A stretch of 64,000 bases of DNA from Dendrobates tinctorius. Taxonomy: Eukaryota. The notes beneath the pieces are model-generated. The model saw only the letters and a program-made list of their open reading frames with translations, did no database searches and was not told the origin of the DNA. Shown here in pieces: positions 24,900-37,471 of this stretch (position 1 is its first letter; each line of letters starts with the position of its first letter). The translations under genes were made by a program, and so were the position numbers. The stretch lies in assembly GCF_039654945.1 (NCBI RefSeq), contig NW_027361679.1, positions 79,484,001 through 79,548,000 of the forward strand. The letters run 5' to 3'.

Positions 24900-24950
24900 G
24901 AGATTTTTCTGATGAAGGTCCTATGCTGGACCGAAAACGTTTAAACCTTT
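24900..24950 (+). ncRNA. Minimal type I hammerhead ribozyme motif (PLE-type)
   Basis: CTGATGA-A-GGTCC(tatgct)GGACC-GAAA-ACGTTT: intact core boxes, 5-bp stem II, palindromic stem III, weak stem I. Confidence 0.65.
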
Positions 24951-25897
24951 CTGTCTGGATGCACAAAATAAAAGTGTCTGAATATTTCACATATTGAGTG
25001 CCAAGATTTTTGTCATTTCTGATTGATGGGTTGGATACCCGACTTGAGCACCAAGAACCAAACTATTCCTGAGTGCCGTGCTCTTTATAGGTCTACAATT
25101 TTAATAGTTACGAAAATAAAGAAAACTCTTTGAATGAGAAGGTGTGTCCAAACTTTTGGTCTGTACTGTACATACACGGGGGTCACTGGTGTGCGTATTT
25201 GTAGCGCGACTGCCGGAAGTTGTTAAAGGGAAAGTGCCATCCAAAAAATTTTTTTTCAGCAATTGAAAAAATGTAAAGAATTCATGTTTACATTTTCTTA
25301 AAAAATATTATCATTTGTTTTTAATTTTGAAAAATCTGAAAAATAATTTTAAAAAGTTTGGCATTTCCACTTGTTAACACTAGGGGGAGCAGCTACTGAA
25401 ATTTGGCACAAAAACCTAGTGTATAACTAGCTCAGATTACTGCCCTGCAGTAATTATGGGCGGAGTCTGCTGACATGGGTGTGATGTCACTCCTCTCCTC
25501 CCCTTCTGGGTGTTTGCTAAGGGAAAAGAGAGGATGACATCTAGGAACACAGTGAGCAGCCATTTTGATGGGGCCTGCAATGTTACTGGCTGTCTTTGCA
25601 TGTAAAGTCTGGATCCGAACAGGTCATCAATCAGAAGAAATATTTCCTGGATTTCTGTGGAGCAGACAAGAAGACGGTCCATCCATGTGTATATAACACA
25701 GCGCTCTATGTACAATCCCTGGCACCGAACAGGGTGCCCCCCATAGACCAGCACACTGCTCTCCTGAAATACTCTGTGCTCCTTCCACCATATATCAGGC
25801 CCGTCGCCTCGCTTTCTTCACACATCGCCAGGACAGGATCTGAGGAGAGGAATGGGGTCTTCGATCACTGAGGATGGCAGGCAGCAAGGATTCTGGG

Positions 25898-26175
25898 AGC
25901 AGAGTGACAGCAGCACAAAGTATTTCAGGAGAGCAGTGTCCTGGCCTATGGGGGGCACAGAGGGAGGTATATGGTGGAGGGAGCAGGGTGACAGCAGCAC
26001 AGAGTATTTCAGGAGAGCAGTGTGCTGGCCTATGGGGGGCACAGAGGGAGATATATGGGGGAGGAGCAGGGTGACAGCAGCACAGAGTATTTCAGGAGTG
26101 CAGTGTGCTGGTCTATGGGGGGGCACAGAGGGAGGTATATGGGGGAGGAGCAGGGTGACAGCAGCACAGAAATCC
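25898..26175 (+). repeat. ~83-bp minisatellite, ~3.3 copies
   Basis: gagcag(a/g)gtgacagcagcaca recurs at 25898, 25981, 26064 and 26148. Confidence 0.88.
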
Positions 26176-26606
26176 AGGAAACATCTCTGCTGATTGATGG
26201 CCTGTTCTGATCCAGACTTTGCATGCAAAGACCCCATTCCCCTCCTCAGATCCTGTCCTGGCGATGTGTGACAGCGAGGCGACAGGCGCAGTCCGGAGTG
26301 ACACTGGGAAGCAGGCTGGGGGGAAATGGAGCCATACAGTAACGATAAAAATGAGACCCCTTTCTTCAGCTGCCTCACCAGCCCTCCCCTGACTGCACCT
26401 ATTACCCCTGACCCGTGTGCAGGTGCTCAGCCAGAACCACCCCAAAATGGGTCCCCTTTTAGCAGATCATACTGCCATAGTGTTCTCACATAATACCGCC
26501 ATATATTTCACACATAATGCCGCCATATACTTTACACATCATACCGTCATATAGATCATACACAATACCACCATGTAGATCACACATTTAATGTATTTCA
26601 GGAGCG

Positions 26607-28648
26607 CAGTATCACACGGGATAGGATTAGATACACAGCTCAGCAGTCAGTATCACACAGGATAGGATTAGATACACAGCTCAGCAGACAGTATCACACA
26701 GGATAGGATTAGATACATGGCTCAGCAGTCAGTATCACACAGGATAGGATTAGATACACAGCTCAGCAATCAGTATCACACAGGATAGGATTAGATACAC
26801 AGCTCAGCAGACAGTATCACACAGGATAGGATTAGATACACGAATCAGCAGACTGTATCACACAGGATAGGATTAGATACACGGCTCAGCAGTCAGTATC
26901 ACACGGGATAGGATTAGACACACGGATCAGCAGACTATCACACAGGATAGGATTAGATGCACGGCTCAGCAGACTATCACACAGGATAGGATTAGATGCA
27001 TGGCTCAGCAGACTATCACACAGGATAGGATTAGGTACACGGCTCAGCAGACAGTACCACACAGGATAGGATTAGATACACGGATCAACAGACTATCACA
27101 CAGGATAGGATTAGGTACACGGCTCAGCAGACAGTACCACACAGGATAGGATTAGATACACAGCTCAGCAGTCAGTATCACACAGGAGAGGATTAGATAC
27201 ACGGCTCAGCAGACAGTACCACACAGGAGAGGATTAGATACACGGCTCAGCAGTCAGTATCACACAGGATAGGATTAGATACATAGCTCAGCAGACAGTA
27301 TCACACAGGATAGGATTAGATACACAACTCAGCAGTCAGTATCACACAGGATAGGATTAGATACACAGCTCAGCAGTCAGTATCACACAGGAGAGGATTA
27401 GATACATGGCTCAGCAGTCAGTATCACACAGGATAGGATTAGATACACAGCTCAGCAGACAGTATCACACAGGATAGGATTAGATACACGAATCAGCAGA
27501 CTATCACACAGGATAGGATTAGATACACGGCTCAGCAGTCAGTATCACACGGGATAGGATTAGACACACGGATCAGCAGACTATCACACAGGATAGGATT
27601 AGATGCACGGCTCAGCAGACTATCACACAGGATAGGATTAGATGCATGGCTCAGCAGACTATCACACAGGATAGGATTAGATACACAGCTCAGCACAGTA
27701 TCACACAGGAGAGGATTAGATACACGGCTCAGCAGTCAGTATCACACAGGAGAGGATTAGATACAGGGCTCAGCAGTCAGTATCACACAGGAGAGGATTA
27801 GATACAGAGCTCAGCAGACAGTATCACACAGGATAGGATTAGATACACGAATCAGCAGACTATCACACAGGATAGGATTAGATACACGGCTCAGCAGTCA
27901 GTATCACACGGGATAGGATTAGACACACGGATCAGCAGACTATCACACAGGATAGGATTAGATGCACGGCTCAGCAGACTATCACACAGGATAGGATTAG
28001 ATGCATGGCTCAGCAGACTATCACACAGGATAGGATTAGATGCATGGCTCAGCAGGCTATCACAGGATAGGATTAGATACACGGATCAACAGACTATCAC
28101 ACAGGATAGGATTAGGTACACGGCTCAGCAGACAGTACCACACAGGATAGGATTAGATACACAGCTCAGCAGTCAGTATCACACAGCAGAGGATTAGATA
28201 CACGGCTCAGCAGACAGTACCACACAGGAGAGGATTAGATACACGGCTCAGCAGTCAGTATCACACAGGATAGGATTAGATACATAGCTCAGCAGACAGT
28301 ATCACACAGGATAGGATTAGATACACAACTCAGCAGTCAGTATCACACAGGATAGGATTAGATACACAGCTCAGCAGTCAGTATCACACAGGAGAGGATT
28401 AGATACATGGCTCAGCAGTCAGTATCACACAGGATAGGATTAGATACACAGCTCAGAAGTCAGTATCATACAGGATAGGATTAGATACACAGCTCAGCAC
28501 AGTATCACACAGGAGAGGATTAGATACACGGCTCAGCAGTCAGTATCACACAGGAGAGGATTAGATACAGGGCTCAGCAGTCAGTATCACACAGGAGAGG
28601 ATTAGATACAGGGCTCAGCAGTCAGTATCACACAGGAGAGGATTAGAT
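26607..28648 (+). repeat. 41/39-bp satellite array (~50 units)
   Basis: Unit tatcacacaggataggattagatacacagctcagcagtcag and a 39-bp variant. Confidence 0.97.
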
Positions 28649-29512
28649 GTCCAGCAGATTGCCAAGTGTTTTGAAACAGCAGGGAGCAGCTCCTCCTATG
28701 TTTTGCAGGGGCTGCAGCTGGTCGGGTGTTTTGGAAAGAGCAGCTCGGTCTCCAGCAGCTCATCCTGGTTCCTCTCCGGCAGCTGTATGTGCAGAATGAA
28801 CATCCAAGCCCTGTTATGCTGGAAAAGTACAGCATCCAGGGCTTGCAATAGAGTGTACATGGAGCTAAGAGGAAGCACTGGGCTCTAATAAGATGGCATC
28901 TGGCCACACCTACAGATGTGAATTGAGCCGCCCACAGAGGTGTGCCCAGTTCACTCCTGATGCTGCTGCAATGATACAGATAGGGTCGGGAGCCGACCGT
29001 TATGTCTTATGTCCAGGGACTGCCGTAAATGAGCATGGAAAGTGTCGTTCAGCAGCCAGAGAGGTAAGATGGCAGCCCCCAGTGGCTGCATTAATACAGT
29101 AAAAAAAACAAACCATACACAGCACTGAGTCAAGCTTAGGGGACAATATCTTTTTATACTGTCTTTTTTGCATTATGAAAAAACACGGCACCTTCCCTTT
29201 AAACGTCAGAGTTTGACAGCGGCATTTAATGGGTTAATAGCTGCGGCTATTACGGGCACATGTCAGCTGTTCAAAACAGCTGACATGTCCCAGGAAAGAT
29301 GTGGGCTCACCATCGAAGCCCACATCAAAGGGAGGGAGTCCGACATCAGTGTACTATTATGCCCGATGTCGGAAAGGAGTTAATATCAACATATTATAAT
29401 TAGTATATTAATAATTATATTACTATTAAATCATTAAATATTGAGCAGAATTAAGTATGCTGACATCCCCCTCTATTGTTTGAATCTGAATACAGCCCCT
29501 TCTATATATGGT

Positions 29513-29692
29513 ATGAGCCCCACACAGCCTCCCCACGGTCAGCATATGAGCCCCACACAGCTGACCCACGGCCAGTATATAAGCCCCACACAGTCTCCCC
29601 ATGGCCAGCATATGAGCCCCACACAGCCTCCCCATGTCCAGCATATGAACCTCACACAGCCTTCCCATGTCCAGCATATGACCCCCACACAG
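29513..29692 (+). repeat. 33-bp minisatellite, ~5.5 copies
   Basis: atgagccccacacagcctccccatggccagcat; 11-aa periodicity in the ORF track. Confidence 0.9.
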
Positions 29693-30522
29693 GTTTTTGC
29701 CACCCCATCTGAGAGCAGTATGATGTATGGGCAGAGACCCAAATTCCAGTGATGTGTCACTTACTGAGCGGATAGCTTTCATTTTGATAAAATCACTTTT
29801 TTTTCTGCTGCAGATCTACCAGTTATCTGAATGCGTAGGTGTGTAACTCCACCCTCACACCACTGATTGGCAGCTTCTATATACACTATACATAGGCAGA
29901 AAGCTGCCAATCAGTGGTGTGGGTTATACAGAACTCATGAATATGCTCAACTACCTGACAGCAGGTTTATTAGTCATCTAATGATTACGGTATCTACTGC
30001 TTTTATCAAAACTACACTAAGAAACCAAGTGATATATTGCTAGAATCAGGGTCGCTGTCTCTACATTAAGCCCAAATAATCAAAATAAATGTTTTTATTT
30101 CAATAATCAAGATAAAAACAGTAAAAACTTTAGTAGAAGTTCTCAATTAGGCTACAACCTGGTTGACCAATTCCCCAAAAGGCCAAAATTGGCTCCATTA
30201 CTAATGGGTTCTCTATTGCAGCCCCTTTACCCTGATATTCTGAATGTGTCCACAAACCACTGTGCAGCTCACCAGGTAGAAGAGCTCAGCTTCTGTATGA
30301 GTGCATACACACACAGCAGTGCACAGCTCAATAAAAAGTTACCAGCTTGTACAAATGACTCTCACTGATCTACAAGGCAATTAGGTGACCGCGAAATCCT
30401 TCTATGAAAAATATATATATTTTTTTTTTAAATGGGGCGTTACCAGTGAGAGACATGTAGTGACTGACAGTCTGCTCTCCTAATCTACAAGAATCACACT
30501 GGTAACTACCCCTTTCATTTAA

Positions 30523-30835
30523 AGGGGTTGTCCACTACTAGGACAACCGATGTTCAAACTAGAATGTTTGCCCCCATTAAAATAAAAACACTTATCCTCA
30601 CCAATAGTGCAGATGCCAGTCCAGCGGTGTTGGCACTCACGTTCACGGGGTTCACGACTGAAGGCGGAGACAGTGACAGTGGACTCACGTGACATAACCT
30701 CACGTGAACGCATGAGACAAGAGTGCCGACACCGATGAAACGACAGCAGAATGGGAGGGGAGTATAGGCTTTATTATTTTATCGGGACCAAACATTTGGT
30801 TTAAGAAGGGGTTGTTCTAGTGGTGGACAACCCCT
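30523..30835. mobile_element. T2/Kolobok MITE 47 bp from an exon donor
   Basis: TTAA TSD; TIR aggggttgtccacta / tggtggacaacccct. Confidence 0.88.
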
Positions 30836-30882
30836 TTAAGCATCATAAATAGTAAGCATCTCAAATTGTTGCTATGACTCAC

Positions 30883-30962
30883 CTTTACAGTATCCAAATC
30901 GCCGGCTTTCGATGCTTCAAGCAACCTGTAATCCACATCAGATGTTCGGGCTGGTGTGCTTT
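30883..30962 (-). CDS. tnks: Tankyrase-1 coding exon (80 bp)
   Basis: tgcag|AA AGC ACA...GTA AAG|gtgagt; (E)[26 protein letters not shown]. Confidence 0.95.
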
Positions 30963-31004
30963 CTGCAATCAGAAATATGCAATTGTAAGTACATATACAT
31001 ATTA

Positions 31005-32310
31005 AAAGGGAACCTGTCAGCAGGCTTGTGCATAGTAAACTACACACTGTGTCAGTTTGGCGCCGTTATACTGAATAAAATGATACCTTTGTTGCTGAAA
31101 TCAGTCTTGTGCTTTTTTAATCATTTTTAGTTAATGATATGCTTGTGCTGTAAGATGGGGCTGGTGTATGTGTGCTCCGATTAGGTATTCATATTGCGGA
31201 CAGGTCACTGATCCCTCACTGACCGCCTCCTAGATTATATAATGAATATTCTAAAGTGTGTATTTGAAAAAACATGTCACTTCAACAAAATGGCGGCGCC
31301 TGCGCACTATCACTTGTCACTTAGTGCCTATTATCTTGTGCTGCTGAAAAGATACAGAAATCACCATCAAAATGGCACCGTTGGCTGCACCTTCGCATTA
31401 GCATCTCTCGCGTACCGATTTTGGTTGCTTTGTCTGTTCTTTAGAACCGTGGCCTTTTTTAATAGATTTTATTCGGTTTTGTGGCTTATTGTATGTCTAA
31501 ACAAAATAATTTTTGTATTATTCTGAGGTGATCCCGGTTTCTTGCATACCCATTGTTCTTTTTACAGTAAAATTCTGTGTTTTTCACAGCAAAATAGCAA
31601 TGTGTGCGCATACCCACAGATCTATACAGTTATTATACTAACGTCATAAATATATCCCTGTATCCAGTTCGGCAAACTGGTTAGGTCTAACAAATGATTG
31701 CAAAATGTGCAGCAGACCTTCACTTTGGTACCATTTAAAGTGAACCTGTCAGCAGGATTGTGCACAGTAACCTACACACAGTGTCAGGTTGGCGCTGTTA
31801 TACTGATTACAATGATCCCTTGGTGATGAAATCTGTCTTGTGGTTGTTTAATCTTTATTTTCAGTTTTTGGTTAATGATATGCTCGTGTACTAAGATGGG
31901 GCTGGTGTATGTGGTGCTCTGATTAGGTATTCATAATGAAGACAGCTGACCGGTCACTGATACCTCACTGACCTGCCCCCTAGTTTAAATAATGAATGCC
32001 ATCACATACTGGGAAAAAGAAAAAAACCTTCTACAGGCAGGTACCGGCCGTGGCTCCTTCGCTGCAGCATATTCCCATGTTCCGTGTCCTAGTAATCACT
32101 GTTTTTTATGTTAAGTACAAAAAAAAAAAAAAAAAATCAAATCTGAAAATGTCACCGGCGCAGTAGCAGCTATCGCTGTGTACAGAGATCCGAGAGCTGC
32201 TATTGCGCAAGTGGCACCATCTTGCCGGAGAATAATATAAAAAATTCCTCCTCCAAAATTGCGCCGCCCACGGCAGCGCAGCAGCAGCTCTCGGCGATCT
32301 CAGAGCCACT
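31005..32310 (+). mobile_element. Two tandem left-end fragments of a T2/Kolobok MITE family (~31005 and ~31739)
   Basis: ttaa-ag(g/t)gaacctgtcagcagg start twice with ~250 bp of colinear similarity. Confidence 0.65.
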
Positions 32311-32329
32311 TCTAGCACACATTTATGCA

Positions 32330-33170
32330 TATACATGTGTTCTCACATTTTTATTATTTTATCAATATTTTTGGTCTTCATTTGCATTATTTCCTTTCCT
32401 TTTCTTGCCTTGAAATTATTAATGGGCTGACATACCCATTCTAGCTTCTTTTTATTAATTCCTTACTATTTTGCTCATATGTGCATTTAACTATTTAGCA
32501 TTCATACTTTCACTCATTATCCATTTGATACACCCCAGGATCTTTCTGCACATTGTTGTTATACATTTCACTCCATGCCACAGCGGTTTACATACTCTGG
32601 CTGCACAAGTGAATCCCTGGCTTGCATACCACTTATGTCACCAATTGCCTCCTTGTAGCCCCGTTCCAGCGTGTATTCTGGGAAATGCGTCACCGGAAGT
32701 GACGTTCAACACGGTAGCGCAAGAAGCCTTGTGCACCAACCAATATCACAGGAAGCAACTGGATTATACACCCCTCTTTTCTAGCAGACCTCCAATGATC
32801 GGTGCCAGGGGATAGAAAACATCACCTACCCCTGTTCCTGACAACCCCCCCTTCCCTCTCCGGAAGAACCAATGGCGAAACGTGTGTTGGGGTGAGGGGG
32901 TAGTGCCAGCCATCTACCCCCCTTTGCTCCTGTTCCTCACTGAGGTACTATACACTATCCTCGTGTATACTTATATGTACATTACCTTATATGGTCCCCG
33001 CATTTGTCCTGGTCTTTAATGCCTTTCATATACCCTATAGAGTCATTTAGTGTATATCCTCCTATTGTTTCAATGTATTATACAAGAAAACTGCACAGGA
33101 TTTTTTTCACCATAGACTCTTTTATAAGAGATTAAGTATAATAAGCCTTGGCCAATATCAATTCATGGGC
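32330..33170 (+). mobile_element. Probable Penelope-like 3' fragment with decayed hammerhead (~32844-32900)
   Basis: cccttccctct-CCGGAAGAA-CCaatGG-CGAAACGTGTGTT-ggggtgaggggg; T-rich strand bias. Confidence 0.5.
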
Positions 33171-33189
33171 AGGCACCTTAATTCAGTTT

Positions 33190-34145
33190 TGTGCACACGT
33201 CCGGAATTCCTGCGTATGTTATGCGTTTTTTCCAAATTCTAAAATTTGCTAAAAAAAAAATAATTAAAAATTGCGAAATTTTCCGAGACCCGTAGCGTCT
33301 CCATTTTTCGTGATATCGGGTTGGGTGAGGGCTTATTTATTGCGCGCAGAGTTGATGTTTGTAATGATATCACCTTTATGCAGATACGTTCTTTTAATCG
33401 CTCATTATTTTAATGCAATGTCGCGGCGACCGAAAAAAAAGGTAATTTGGGTGTTTTTTTTTTCTCCTGCTACGTCGTTTAGCGATCAGGTTAAACCTTT
33501 TTTTTTTTTTTTTTCTTTTTTTTTTATTGATCAGGCGATTCTGAACGCGGCGATACCTAATATGTGTATGTGTGATTTTTTTTTTTTTTTTAATTGTTTT
33601 ATTTTGAATGGGGTGAAGGGGGGGTGATTTAAACTTTTATATTTTTTTATATTTTTAAAACTATTCTTTATTTACTTTAGGCATGCTCCAATAGCTTCCA
33701 TGGGAGGCTAGATGCTGCCATAGCTTGATTGCCTCTGCTACAAACGGCTCAGATCGACTGTATGTAGTAGAATTACGGCATTGCTATGAGCGTCGACCAC
33801 AGGGTGGCACTCATAGAAATCTGGCATCAACAACCATAGAGATCTCAAGGAGACCTCTGGTTATTATGCCAACGCACCGATGACCACCGATCACGTGACA
33901 GGGGTCAGTGGTGCGCGTATCTCCGGCACGATGGCCAGAAGCACGCGTTAAATGCGGCTGTCAGCGTTTGACAGTGGCATTTGACTAGTTAATAGACGCG
34001 GGTGGATCGCGATTCCACCCATGCCTATTGCGGGCACTTGTTAATGGTTCAAAACAGCTGACATGTCCCGGCTTTGATGCGGGCTCACATCAAAGTGGGG
34101 GTACTGCCATTGGACGTACTAAACCATCCAATATCAGCAAGGGGC
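33190..34145 (+). mobile_element. Non-autonomous piggyBac-like right-hand fragment
   Basis: Shares motifs (gcgatacctaatatgtgt, aaaacagctgacatgtcc) with 29203-29380 and 55320-57698. Confidence 0.55.
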
Positions 34146-34194
34146 CAAGTCTCATTTTAAACACACTTTTATAGTCTATCCAAACTGTCCAGGG

Positions 34195-34896
34195 AGGCTT
34201 GAAAGGTGCTGACACCATCTGCAGCAAGATGATGCTGCAGGTCTTTGGAGGTGGTCTGTGGATTGTCCTTGACTGTTCTCACCATTCTTCTTCTCTGCCT
34301 TTCTGATATTTTTCTTGGCCTGCCACTTCTGGGCTTAACAAGAACTGTACCTGTGTTCTTCCATTTCCTTACTATGTTCCTCACAGTGGAAACTGGCAGG
34401 TTAAATCTCTGAGACAACTTTTTGTATCCTTCCCCTGAAAAGCTATGTTGAATAATCTTTGTTTTCAGATCATTTGAGAGTTGTTTTGAGGAGCCCATGA
34501 TGCCACTCTTCATAGGAGAATCAAATAGGAGAACTAGTTGCAAGTGGCCACTTTAAATACCTTTTCTCATGATTTGATACACCTGGCTATGAAGTTCAAA
34601 GCTCAATGAGGTTACAAAACCAATTTAGTGCTTCAGGAAGTCAGTAAAAAGTAGTTAGGAGTGTTCAAATCAAGAAAATGATAAGGGTGCCCATACTTTT
34701 GCACCAGTCAAATTTTGTTTAAATGCAGATTGCACATTTTCTGTTAGTACAATAAACCTCATTTGAATCCAGAAATATAACTGAGTCCATCAGTTGTTAG
34801 ATATATGAAACTGAAATAGCTGTTGCAAAAACCAAAATTGTTATAAAGAAAAATGGTTAACATTAATAGGGGTGCCCAAACTTTTACATATGACTG
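34195..34896 (-). mobile_element. 5' half of a Tc1 element
   Basis: TA|CAGTCATATGTAAAAGTTTGGGCACCCC end; MGSSKQLSNDLKTKIIQH...RSGRPRKISER. Confidence 0.85.
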
Positions 34897-35001
34897 TATT
34901 TGGTGCGGGATCCAGCGCTGAGCCCCCACATGACAGCTGATCTCATCTCCGACTCCTCAATTTCCCTTACACCGACTCCAACATATATTGCTTATATTTT
35001 A

Positions 35002-37471
35002 CCCCTTCACTACCAAGGGTGGTTTGCACGTTAACTCCCGGGCCAATTTTTATAATTCTGACCACTGTCCCTTTATGAGGTAATAACTCTGAAACGCTTC
35101 CATGGATCTCGGTGATTCTGACATTGTTTTCTCGTGACATATTGTACTTCATGTTAGTGGTAAAATTTCATTAAAATAACTTGTGTTTATTTGTGAAAAA
35201 AACAGAAATTTGGCGAAAATGTTTAAAATTTCACAATTTTCCAACTTTGAATTTTTATGCTCTTAAATCACAGAGATACAGCACACAAAAAACTTAATAA
35301 GTAACATTTCCCACATATTTACTTTACATCAGCACAATTTTGGAACCAAAATTGCTTTTTGTTAGGAAGTTATAAGGGTTAAAAGTTGACCAGCGATTTC
35401 TCATTTTTGCAACACCATTTTATTTTAACGGACCACATCACATTTGAAGCCACTTTGAGGGGTCTATATGATAGAAAATACCCAAAAGTGACACCATTAT
35501 AAAAACTGCACCCCTTAAGGTGCTCAAAACCACATTCAAGAAGTTTATTAACCTTTCAGGTGCTTCACAGGAATTTTTTGAATATTTAAAAAAAAAAAAA
35601 AAAAAAATGAACATTTAACTTTTTTCCACAAAAAAAATACTTCAGGTTCAATTTTTTTTATTTTACCAAGGGTAACAGGAGAAATTGGACTGCAAAAGTT
35701 ATTGTGCAATTTGTCCTGAGTACGCTAATACCTGATATGTGGGGGGGGAACCACTGTTTCGGTGCATGGCAGAGCTCAGAAGGGAAGGAGCGCCGTTTGA
35801 CTTTCAGTACAAAATTGGCTGGAATTCAGATCGGACGCCATGTCACATTTGGAGAGCCCCTGATGTACCTAAACAGTGGAAACCCCCCACAAGTGACCCC
35901 ATTTTGGAAACTAGACCCCCCAAGGAACTTATCTAGATGTGTGGTGAGAACTTTGAACCCCCAAAAATGATCTTTTCACCCTCAATTCTTATTTTCCCAA
36001 GGGTAACAGGACCCTAACAGTTATTGTGCAATTTGTCCTGAGTACGCTGATACCCCATATGTAGATGTAAACGACTATTTGGGCGCATGGCAGAGCTCGG
36101 AAGGGAAGCAGCACCATTTGACGTTTTTGGCTGGAATTGAGATCGGACACCATGTCGCGTTTGGAAAGCCCCTGATGTACCAAAACAGTGAAAACCCCCC
36201 ACAAATGACACCATTTTGGAAACTAGACCTCCCAAGGAACTTCTTTAGATGTGTGGTGAGCACTTTGAACCCCCCAGTGCTTCACAGAAGTTTATAATGC
36301 CCGGGCGTGAAAATAAAAAAAATCGTATTTTTTCCACAAACATGATCATTTAGTCCCCAATTTTTTTTATTTTCCCCAGGGTAACAGGAGAAATTGGACC
36401 TGAAAAGTTGTTGTCCAATTTGTCCTGAGTACGCTGATACCTCATATGTGGGAGAAAACTAAATGTATGGGCACACGTCGGGGCTCGGAAGGGAAGTAGT
36501 GATGTTTTGGAATGCAGACTTTGATGGAATGGTCTGCGGGTGTCATGTTGCCTTTGGAGAGCCCCTGATGTACCTCAACAGTGGAAAACCCCCACAAATG
36601 ACACTATTTTGGAAGCTAGACCCCCTAAGGAACTTATCTAGATGTGTGGTGAGCACTTTGAACCCCCAAGGGCTTCAAAGGACGCATGCGCCGCCAAACG
36701 CATACTGCGCACAGCCTGCGCCCCCAGTGATAAAGATAAGGGACGCAGGGCGCATGCAGCGTCATGTGCCGGTGGGCGGAGCTACCGGCGGAGGCGCGGC
36801 AGGGGGCGGGGCTTAGCGGCAGCCGTGCGCAGGCCGTCGCTGCGCTCATAAACGCTAGTGTGAAACTAGCCTAAATTGGTTTTGTAACCTCATTGAGCTT
36901 TGAACTTCTTAGCCAGGTGTATCAAATCATGAGAAAAGGTATTTAAGGTGGCCACTTGCAAGTAGTTTTCCCATTTGATTCTCCTATGAAGAGTGGCATC
37001 ATGGGCTCCTCAAAACAACTCTCAAATGATCTGAAAACAAACATTATTCAACATAGCTTTTCAGGGGAAGGATACAAAAAGTTGTCTCAGAGATTTAACC
37101 TGCCAGTTTCCACTGTGAGGAACATAGTAAGGAAATGGAAGAACACAGGTACAGTTCTTGTTAAGCCCAGAAGTGGCAGGCCAAGAAAAATATCAGAAAG
37201 GCAGAGAAGAAGAATGGTGATAACAGTCAAGGACAATCCACAGACCACCTCCAGGTGTGCGGTGTGCAAGGGGTTAACGTGTCGGGGGCGGTCCGTGACC
37301 GCCCCTGACACATTGTGCCGGGTGTCAGCTGTGATAATCAGCTGACACCCGGCCGCGATCATCGGCGCTCACCACGTGTGCGTCGCTGATCGCTATGACG
37401 TAATATTCCATCCATGGGACTTAGGTCCCAGGTCACATGGACGGAATATTATGTTCATTGTAGGAAAGGGG
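35002..37471 (+). mobile_element. Composite piggyBac-like non-autonomous element enclosing a Harbinger MITE end and a Tc1 fragment (36872-37253)
   Basis: ttta|CCCCTTCAC left end, GAAAGGGG|TTAA right end; left 1.6 kb matches 55320 onward. Confidence 0.7.

Larger units (their letters stand above)
24361..25091. mobile_element. Penelope-like retroposed insertion with inverted arms and 14-bp TSD
   Basis: TCTACAATTTTAAT at 24347-24360 and 25092-25105; 24361-24501 is the reverse complement of ~24863-24999; nested hairpins. Confidence 0.78.
22800..25168 (+). mobile_element. Second DD38E-family Tc1/mariner copy, complete ends, defective transposase
   Basis: TA|CAGTACAGACCAAAAGTTTGG ... CCAAACTTTTGGTCTGTACTG|TA; same family as 10520-12106; right TIR interrupted at 24361-25091. 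Confidence 0.92.
25227..29198. mobile_element. ~4-kb non-autonomous T2/Kolobok-type element carrying satellite arrays
   Basis: TTAA|AGGGAAAGTGCC ... GGCACCTTCCCT|TTAA; sits within a piggyBac-like MITE remnant that ends ~29380. Confidence 0.75.

Noticed and set aside
24416-24944. Mirror-image ORFs on both strands
   Set aside because: Consequence of the palindrome; no coding signature
26607-28648. CRISPR-like array
   Set aside because: Units are contiguous with no unique spacers, there are no cas genes, and the context is a vertebrate intron; it is a satellite
29441-29752. Repeat protein (MSPTQPPHGQH)n
   Set aside because: 33-bp minisatellite with no supporting gene structure
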